Of a DNA stretch of 64,000 bases, positions 57,485-64,000 are shown piece after piece (positions within the stretch are counted from its first letter, which is position 1; every line of letters begins with the position of its first letter). A program made the translations under genes and the position numbers. The DNA comes from Bacteroidota bacterium (GTDB taxonomy: Bacteria; Bacteroidota; Bacteroidia; UKL13-3). The notes beneath the pieces are model-generated. The model was not told where the DNA came from. It ran no database searches and saw only the letters and a program-made list of their open reading frames with translations. The stretch is from NCBI GenBank assembly GCA_030680835.1, contig JAUXUD010000021.1:13711-77710 (forward strand). The letters run 5' to 3'.

Positions 57485-59113
57485 ATGAATATTTTTAATA
57501 AAAAGTTAATCATCCTCTTCCTATTAGCCTTACCTGTTATAGGTTTGGCTCAAAAAGAATTGGCCCATAGAAAATTGCAGGGTTCAATAAGTAAACTGAG
57601 GGCATCAATTGACATTAAATCCTATTTAATTACACTAAAGGTAGTTCCTGATAAGCATTATATTGAAGGCATAAATGATATCGGGTTTAAAATAGTTAAA
57701 CCCGTAAAAGTGCTCCAGTTAAATTTATTTGCAAATCTTGCCATTTCAACTGTAGTATTCGAAAATAAAATCCTTTCATTTAAGAGGGATAGCAATACAT
57801 TTTATGTTTACCTGCCCCGAAAGCTGAAGAAGAATGACACTGCTCATGTTGTTATTTATTATTCGGGGATACCTGTTACGGCAAAAAAAGCACCCTGGGA
57901 TGGTGGATTTGTATGGGCGCAGGACAGTGCAGGAAAACCCTGGGTGGGTTTGGCCTGTGAAGGTTTGGGAGCCTCATGCTGGTTGCCCTGTAAGGACCAT
58001 TGGAGTGATGAACCGGAACAGGTAACCATGAACCTGGTTGTTCCAACGGGATTAACCGGTGTTAGTAACGGAAGATTATCACGGCAACGAAATCTGAATA
58101 ATGGATTTACAGAATTTCAATGGAAAGTTAGCTACCCGATTAATCATTATGATATCACAGTGAATATTGGAGATTATGCTCATATCCGGGATTTATACCT
58201 GAATGAAACGTATGGTCAGCTTACCCTTGATTATTATGTTTTAAAGTTAAATTCGGCTTCTGCAAAAACACATTTTCAGCAAACCAAACGAATGCTGCAA
58301 ACCTTTGAAAAGTATTTTGGTCCCTATCCTTTTATAAATGACGGATATAAATTGGTTGAAACACCATACTGGGGAATGGAGCATCAGAGTTGTATTGCAT
58401 ACGGAAATAATTACCAGAACAATAAATTTGGTTTTGATTTCATTATCATTCATGAAAGCGGACATGAATGGTTTGCAAATAGTATAACAGCCAATGATAA
58501 AGCCGATATGTGGTTGCATGAAAGCTTTACAACCTATAGCGAAGCATTATATGTAGAAAAACAATATGGCATCGCAAGAAGTATCCAGTATTTATCAGGT
58601 CAAAAAGGAAATATAAAAAATGAACTTCCTATGATTGGTACCAGAAATATAGCATATAGCCGTCCCGATAATGATATTTATTATAAAGGAGCCTGGATAT
58701 TACATACCATGCGAAACATACTTGATAATGATACATTATGGTTCAATACAATTTATGATTTATCGACGATTTACAGGCATACAATTTTATCCAGTAAAGA
58801 GGTTGAGACTTTTATAAGTAAAAGAACCCGATATGACTTCAGCAATTTTTTTCAACAATATCTATACAGGGCTAAACTGCCCAAATTTGAATATTATATA
58901 AAACCGAATAACGGGCTCAATGAATTGCATTACAGACTGAATGCAGAGATACGGGGTTTGGAGTTGCCCGTAAAAATAACCCTGGCAAAAAACAAGTTTG
59001 AATTTGTTACAGCAACAAAAAAATGGCAAATCATTGATTTACCATTCGAAAATCCTGAAGATTTTAAAGTAGACTTGAACCATTTTTTAATTGGTGTCAA
59101 AAAAGTTGAGTGA
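57485..59113 (+). CDS. M1-family zinc metallopeptidase (aminopeptidase N-like)
   Basis: Signal peptide, and the gluzincin motif HESGHEWF-x-WLHESFTTY (HExxH-x18-E). Confidence 0.85.
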   Translation: MNIFNKKLIILFLLALPVIGLAQKELAHRKLQGSISKLRASIDIKSYLITLKVVPDKHYIEGINDIGFKIVKPVKVLQLNLFANLAISTVVFENKILSFKRDSNTFYVYLPRKLKKNDTAHVVIYYSGIPVTAKKAPWDGGFVWAQDSAGKPWVGLACEGLGASCWLPCKDHWSDEPEQVTMNLVVPTGLTGVSNGRLSRQRNLNNGFTEFQWKVSYPINHYDITVNIGDYAHIRDLYLNETYGQLTLDYYVLKLNSASAKTHFQQTKRMLQTFEKYFGPYPFINDGYKLVETPYWGMEHQSCIAYGNNYQNNKFGFDFIIIHESGHEWFANSITANDKADMWLHESFTTYSEALYVEKQYGIARSIQYLSGQKGNIKNELPMIGTRNIAYSRPDNDIYYKGAWILHTMRNILDNDTLWFNTIYDLSTIYRHTILSSKEVETFISKRTRYDFSNFFQQYLYRAKLPKFEYYIKPNNGLNELHYRLNAEIRGLELPVKITLAKNKFEFVTATKKWQIIDLPFENPEDFKVDLNHFLIGVKKVE

Positions 59114-59965
59114 ACCGGGTTGTTTTTCCCAAATACCCTTTTTCCAGATCAGGTAATTAAAAGATCCATCCGGCAGGTAATTTTCAAAATTTCCTATATT
59201 GGAGGGTTTGTCGGGCACAATATTTTCGTAGATCAAATACTTTCGTTTTTCCTCATAGCGAAAAGTCATGGTTGCATTGTTGTTGAATTCAAATACCATA
59301 CGGTAAAATATTGATTTGTGTTTAATATCAAAAATGGGTGCACCAAAAAAGGGAACTCCATTATTAAATATCAAAACATCTGCAATTTTTTTGTTGCTTT
59401 TTGGGCCCGCGCCATCCCATCCTAAAACAGTATAGTAATCAACTTTTTTATAATTTGTTTTGACGATTTTATAATAGGTAGCTCCGAACCAATGATCTGT
59501 ATCCACTACTTTAAACAGGAAATTATTGATGCTGTCGCTTCGGTCTATTAATGGATAAAAATCTTTATACAGCGTTGTTTTTTTATTCAGCTTTTTAATT
59601 TTAGCCGGGTTCATTTGGATCACGCCAAAATACCTGAATTTTTCATCATTTGTTGCAACATTCCATGAAATAATCCTGAAAAAATCATCAGGTGATTTAA
59701 GAATCATCACGTTTTTTAAAGAGTCAAATGGATAAAAATATGAATTGTTAATTTTTAAAGCACGTGCCATATGCCGTATAAATTGTTTCCCCGAAGTGAT
59801 GCGGGTACCTTCATCAAAACTCCTTACCATTTGTTCTCCAAGCCCGCTCAGGCGAATCTCAAAATTCTGAAGTGAATCCAGGGTAAGCGAATCAAGAACC
59901 TGTGACTTTAGGTTCAAACCGAATCCCAAAATAAAAAGGCTGCAAAAAAATTTGAGTTTGTTCAT
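59087..59965 (-). CDS. hypothetical secreted protein
   Basis: The ATG at 59965 gives the signal peptide MNKLKFFCSLFILGFGLNLKSQ. The 3' end overlaps the convergent peptidase gene by 27 nt. No motif recognised. Confidence 0.6.
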   Translation of the reverse strand: MNKLKFFCSLFILGFGLNLKSQVLDSLTLDSLQNFEIRLSGLGEQMVRSFDEGTRITSGKQFIRHMARALKINNSYFYPFDSLKNVMILKSPDDFFRIISWNVATNDEKFRYFGVIQMNPAKIKKLNKKTTLYKDFYPLIDRSDSINNFLFKVVDTDHWFGATYYKIVKTNYKKVDYYTVLGWDGAGPKSNKKIADVLIFNNGVPFFGAPIFDIKHKSIFYRMVFEFNNNATMTFRYEEKRKYLIYENIVPDKPSNIGNFENYLPDGSFNYLIWKKGIWEKQPGSLNFFDTN

Positions 59966-59984
59966 ATTAAATAAAAAATACACG

Positions 59985-60031
59985 TTACCGGTTTTGTTAA
60001 GACAAAAATATTGTCATTTACAAACCGGTAA
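59985..60031 (-). terminator. nested hairpin downstream of the thiolase gene
   Basis: TTACCGGTTTTGT (59985-97) pairs with ACAAACCGGTAA (60020-31) with one bulge. An inner stem pairs GACAA with TTGTC. On the minus strand it is followed after 6 nt by TTTTTT. Confidence 0.35.
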
Positions 60032-60077
60032 AAAGCACAAGATAATGGTTTAAGAAAAAATATTTTTTATGATTTTA

Positions 60078-61256
60078 TTAACAGGCCTCAATCACTATTG
60101 CAGATGCGCCGCCGCCGCCGTTACAAATGCCGGTTACTCCATATTTTCCACCATTTTGTTGAAGTATGTTTGCCAGTGTAACAACAATTCGCGAACCACT
60201 GCTTCCCAAAGGATGGCCTAATGAAACGGCACCTCCGTTAACATTTACTTTCTTTGAATCGATACCCAGTATTTGGGTGTTTACCAGGCCTACAACCGAA
60301 AAGGCTTCATTCAATTCAAAAAAGTCAACATCTTTCAATTCAATTCCTGCCCATTTTAACGCTTTTGGAATTGCAAGGGATGGGGAAGTAGTAAACCATT
60401 CGGGTGCCTGAGCAGCATCGGCAAAAGCAATAATTTTAGCCATAGGCTTCAATCCGAGTTCTTTCATTTTTTCTTCGCTCATCAAAACCAGGGCACTGGC
60501 ACCATCATTCAATTTTGAGGCATTGGCTGCGGTGATGGTTCCGTCTTTTTCAAATGCTGATTTCAAGGTTTTAAGTTTCTCAAAATTTACTTTGGTATAT
60601 TCTTCATCAACATTCACAATAATCGGATCTTTCCCCCGAACCGGAATTTCAACTGAAACCAGTTCGTTTCCAAATGCACTTTTTGCATAAGCATTTTGAG
60701 CCCGGGTATAACTTTCTATCGCAAAATTATCCTGATCTTCACGCGTAATCTTGTATTCGCGGGCACAAATTTCGGCCGCATTACCCATGTGAAAGTCCTT
60801 ATATACATCCCACAATCCATCTCTTATCAAGCCATCAATCAAACTACCATGACCCAAACGATAGCCGTTTCGGGCTTTGTCAAGATAATAGGGTACATTG
60901 CTCATGCTTTCCATTCCACCCGCAATTACGATATCATTTATACCCAACATGATGGTTTGGGCAGCCATCATAATTGCTTTTGAACCCGAAGCACATACTT
61001 TATTGATGGTGGTTGCCGGAACGGTATTTGGAATTCCTGCAGATAGCATCGCCTGTGTTCCCGGGGCCTGTCCCAGTCCCGAAGAAATTACATTCCCCAT
61101 AAAAACTTCCTGTACCTGCTCCGGAGTGATTCCAGCTTTTTGAATTGCTCCTTTAATAGCGATTCCCCCTAACTGGGTTGCTGAAACGGTGGCTAAAGAA
61201 CCATTAAATGCGCCAATAGGCGTACGTGCTGCTGAAACGATATAAACAGTTTTCAT
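60078..61256 (-). CDS. acetyl-CoA C-acetyltransferase (thiolase II)
   Basis: Active-site blocks VCASGSKAI, NGGAVSLGHPLGSSG and GICNGGGGASA. Confidence 0.95.
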   Translation of the reverse strand: MKTVYIVSAARTPIGAFNGSLATVSATQLGGIAIKGAIQKAGITPEQVQEVFMGNVISSGLGQAPGTQAMLSAGIPNTVPATTINKVCASGSKAIMMAAQTIMLGINDIVIAGGMESMSNVPYYLDKARNGYRLGHGSLIDGLIRDGLWDVYKDFHMGNAAEICAREYKITREDQDNFAIESYTRAQNAYAKSAFGNELVSVEIPVRGKDPIIVNVDEEYTKVNFEKLKTLKSAFEKDGTITAANASKLNDGASALVLMSEEKMKELGLKPMAKIIAFADAAQAPEWFTTSPSLAIPKALKWAGIELKDVDFFELNEAFSVVGLVNTQILGIDSKKVNVNGGAVSLGHPLGSSGSRIVVTLANILQQNGGKYGVTGICNGGGGASAIVIEAC

Positions 61257-61326
61257 TTTATAAATAATTTAAACTAAATTTTGTGCGGCAAATGTATGAT
61301 TTTACCTTTACGAACAAATATTTTCT

Positions 61327-62037
61327 ATGCAACGATATACACTTTATGGCGATTTACTTTTTGAAAGCATCAGGGTAATCCGTGATGAACCTCAATTTTT
61401 AAAAAAACATTTTACCCGGCTCATGTCGGGAGCTGCCGTGCTAAGTTTTGAAACTGAGGATTTTAACTTTGAAGTGTTTCAGGAAGACATTAATAAGACC
61501 ATTAAAAAGTATCGCGATTCGGCTGATAACAATCAGGAATTTTTAAGGCTTCGATTTGTAATGCACCGCGATTCGGGGGGGTATTACCTGCCTCATTCCA
61601 ACAAAATAAAATACTTTTCTGAAATAAGCGCTTTTAAACCACCGTTAAAGAATGGCAGCCTTCGGGTTGGTATTTATGGTGTTCAACCCAAGGCACTTGG
61701 TCCCCTTTCAAATATTAAACCGGGCAATTCATTATTATATGTAATGGCAAGTATCTGGGCAAAAGCAAATAGGTTTGACGATGCTTTGCTTATAAATACA
61801 GAAGGAAAAATTATTGAAGCAACCGCTTCCAATATTTTTTGGTTCAAAAACGGACAATGGTATACGCCTCCGCTAAGTGATGGCTGTGTAAAGGGCATTA
61901 TGCGGGAAGTTTTTATGGAACAAAATCATGTATTGGAAAAATCATGTGAAAGCTTTGATTTGGCAGACGCAGACAGAAGAATACTAACCAATGCGATACA
62001 GGGCATACGCTTGTTCGAATTGTCCCAGCCGGCTTAA
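61327..62037 (+). CDS. class IV aminotransferase-fold protein (aminodeoxychorismate lyase-like), short form
   Basis: YGDLLFESIRV (compare YGDGLFE), NIKPGN (the catalytic Lys position), EATASNIFW and CVKGIMR. An in-frame TGA at 61297-99 prevents any upstream extension. Confidence 0.7.
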   Translation: MQRYTLYGDLLFESIRVIRDEPQFLKKHFTRLMSGAAVLSFETEDFNFEVFQEDINKTIKKYRDSADNNQEFLRLRFVMHRDSGGYYLPHSNKIKYFSEISAFKPPLKNGSLRVGIYGVQPKALGPLSNIKPGNSLLYVMASIWAKANRFDDALLINTEGKIIEATASNIFWFKNGQWYTPPLSDGCVKGIMREVFMEQNHVLEKSCESFDLADADRRILTNAIQGIRLFELSQPA

Positions 62038-62129
62038 GGCATTTATTAAAGAAGGTGCTGATTACACAAATTGATAATAAATGCAAATAGTAAATGAATT
62101 AACAAAATTCAAAGGTTAAGTTTGCAGTT

Positions 62130-62855
62130 ATGGATCGAGTTAAAGTATTGCCTTTTAAAGCAATGATTATTTCTGAGGATGAAAATTTTATTTTCATTAA
62201 TAAACCGGCACATTATTCTTCGCTGGATGACCGGCATGCCGACGTATTTTCAATTATTAAGCAAGCAAAGAAACACAACGAAAACCTACAGCTCTGCCAT
62301 CGCCTGGATAAGGAAACAAGCGGGTGTTTGGTAATTGCCAAAAACGAAATGGTATACCGGGAAATGTCGATGTGTTTTGAACATCGGCAGGTTGAAAAAG
62401 TTTACCATGCTGTAGTAAATGGAGTTTTAAGTGCGACAGATCAAAAAATAATATTGCCTTTGGGTCAAACGTCGAAGGGTATCGCTAAAATTGACATGCA
62501 CGGAGGTAAACCATCAACTACAATTGTAACAACCCTTAAAAATTACAGACATTATTCACTGTTAGCCTGCAAACCGGTAACCGGCAGGTTGCACCAGATA
62601 AGGATACATTTGGCTTCACAAAATTTTCCTCTGGCAGGAGATTTGACATATGGTGGTAAAATGCCTTTTTTATCGCATATCAAACCAAAATTTAAAGAAG
62701 GGAAATGGAGTAATGAAGAACCCATGATGAAACGGGTTGCCCTGCATGCTTATTCCATTCATTTTACCCTGTTTGAAAAACAGTATGATATAATAGCGCC
62801 ATATCCAAAAGATTTTGCGGTGTTTTTAAAACTACTGGATAAATTTGACAGTTAA
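62130..62855 (+). CDS. RluA-family pseudouridine synthase
   Basis: Catalytic motif HRLDKETSGCLVIAK, and GRLHQIRIHLA. Confidence 0.85.
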   Translation: MDRVKVLPFKAMIISEDENFIFINKPAHYSSLDDRHADVFSIIKQAKKHNENLQLCHRLDKETSGCLVIAKNEMVYREMSMCFEHRQVEKVYHAVVNGVLSATDQKIILPLGQTSKGIAKIDMHGGKPSTTIVTTLKNYRHYSLLACKPVTGRLHQIRIHLASQNFPLAGDLTYGGKMPFLSHIKPKFKEGKWSNEEPMMKRVALHAYSIHFTLFEKQYDIIAPYPKDFAVFLKLLDKFDS

Positions 62856-62858
62856 ACT

Positions 62859-64000
62859 TTAGTTGCTTTTTGCAGGTTCCTTAATACTTAAGTCGTAAGG
62901 ATTATCTACTTTTTCATTTAACAATGCGATATCAAGTACTTCGTGCATTTCTTTTACGTAATGAAACACCAGGTCATTTAAATAATTCGGTTTAATTTCC
63001 ATTACATCTTTTCGGTTGGCCTCACAAATAAGAATATCGGTGATTCCGGCACGTTTGGCCGCCAGAATTTTTTCTTTCAAACCACCAATAGGCAAAACTT
63101 TACCTCTTAAGGTAATTTCGCCAGTCATGGCTAAATGAGGTTTCACTTTTCTTTGTGTAAAAACCGAAGCAAGGGAGGTGAGCATGGTTATACCTGCTGA
63201 TGGACCGTCTTTGGGAACTGCACCTGCAGGAACATGAATATGTAAATCAAAATTATCAAAAACCCTTGGATCAATATGTAAATGGGCACAGTTGGCTTTT
63301 AAATAACTCAATGCAGTAATTGCCGATTCTTTCATTACTTCTCCCAGATGACCGGTAAGCGTTAACTTACCCTTTCCGGGGGTTAGTATACTTTCAACAA
63401 ACAAAATTTCCCCGCCAACACTTGTCCATGCCAAACCTGTAACTACACCTGCCACCACATTACCCTGGTACATTTCTTTTTCACCCCGGTCGGCACCTAA
63501 TATCTGAACGATCGTTTCCATATCAATTTTGCGGGTAAACTTTTTATTCATTACTTTTTCCTTGGCAACGTATCTTGAAATGGAAGCAATCTGTTTTTCA
63601 AGTCCGCGCACGCCACTTTCGCGGGTATAGCCTTCAATTATTTTACCCAGAATTTCTTCCGTTAAATCAAAATCTTTGGCAAGCAAACCATGATTGTTTT
63701 TTTGCTTTGGGATCAGGTATTTTTTAGCAATTTGTACTTTTTCTTCGAGGGTATATCCGTTAATTTCAATAATTTCCATCCTGTCGAGCAAAGCTGGCTG
63801 AATGGTATCTAGTGAATTTGCAGTGGCAATAAACATAACCTGTGAAAGGTCATATTCAATTTCAACATAATTATCGTAAAAGGTACTATTTTGTTCGGGA
63901 TCAAGAACTTCGAGCAATGCACTTGAAGGATCCCCTCTGAAACTGTTACCTATTTTGTCAATCTCATCTAAAACAAAAACCGGATTGTTAATTTTTATTT
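62859..64000 (-). CDS. lon: endopeptidase La (Lon protease), C-terminal ~380 aa; the 5' part lies beyond the window
   Basis: Proteolytic-domain Ser motif [15 protein letters not shown], and Lys in [14 protein letters not shown]. The frame stays open past 63917 to the window end, reading [31 protein letters not shown]. The ORF-track M at 63917 is an internal TTG. Confidence 0.95.
   Translation of the reverse strand, partial: IKINNPVFVLDEIDKIGNSFRGDPSSALLEVLDPEQNSTFYDNYVEIEYDLSQVMFIATANSLDTIQPALLDRMEIIEINGYTLEEKVQIAKKYLIPKQKNNHGLLAKDFDLTEEILGKIIEGYTRESGVRGLEKQIASISRYVAKEKVMNKKFTRKIDMETIVQILGADRGEKEMYQGNVVAGVVTGLAWTSVGGEILFVESILTPGKGKLTLTGHLGEVMKESAITALSYLKANCAHLHIDPRVFDNFDLHIHVPAGAVPKDGPSAGITMLTSLASVFTQRKVKPHLAMTGEITLRGKVLPIGGLKEKILAAKRAGITDILICEANRKDVMEIKPNYLNDLVFHYVKEMHEVLDIALLNEKVDNPYDLSIKEPAKSN

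Noticed and set aside
57453-57488. 11-codon upstream ORF (MLEIVRFLRIS) whose TGA overlaps the peptidase ATG as ATGA
   Set aside because: It is very short, has no recognisable leader-peptide logic, and is easily produced by chance in AT-rich DNA.
1-64000. Search by eye for tRNA, rRNA, tmRNA, RNase P, riboswitches, transposases, integrases and prophage genes
   Set aside because: None was recognised. The largest non-coding gaps are under 300 bp and lack tRNA-like GTTCGAATC-type arms. This is a visual scan only; tRNAscan-SE, Infernal and ISfinder searches would be decisive.

Overview
This 64 kb segment looks like chromosome from a low-GC Bacteroidota-type genome. By eye it is AT-rich, most genes lack a Shine-Dalgarno sequence, some upstream regions carry TAnnTTTG-type -7 boxes, and there is a CarboxypepD_reg-type TonB receptor and a GH3-family gene. 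I call about 53 tightly packed protein genes. Most are housekeeping: dapF, an SNF2 helicase, an acyl-CoA carboxyltransferase, dxr, rseP, tag, purB, rpsP-rimM, dnaJ-grpE, murA, fabI, a thiolase and lon. There is also a Wzx/Wzy-type polysaccharide locus of about 16 kb (36.9-53.2 kb). I found no rRNA, tRNA, CRISPR array, transposase or integrase, and no recognisable defence operon, so I cannot point to a clear novel multi-gene system. The best leads are: (1) heptad-periodic tandem arrays that start at stop codons, namely 16 x CTCATAC at 15444-15554, the same unit inverted at 56366-56400, and a related spacer at 7008-7035; (2) two GC-rich elements sharing the palindrome CCCGATAGCTATCGGG, one embedded in a predicted N-terminus (about 7117-7190) and one forming a 138-bp hairpin (53691-53828); (3) three tandem paralogous secreted proteins with beta-barrel-like sequence pattern and conserved cysteines (21030-23619), with a sigma-54-like -24/-12 motif between copies 1 and 2. 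Single-gene observations include a MurA with Asp in place of the fosfomycin-target Cys, a cysteine-less thioredoxin-fold protein, and a PAP2 phosphatase next to an ArnT-like GT-C transferase. All family assignments come from motif recognition by eye. No database search was run.
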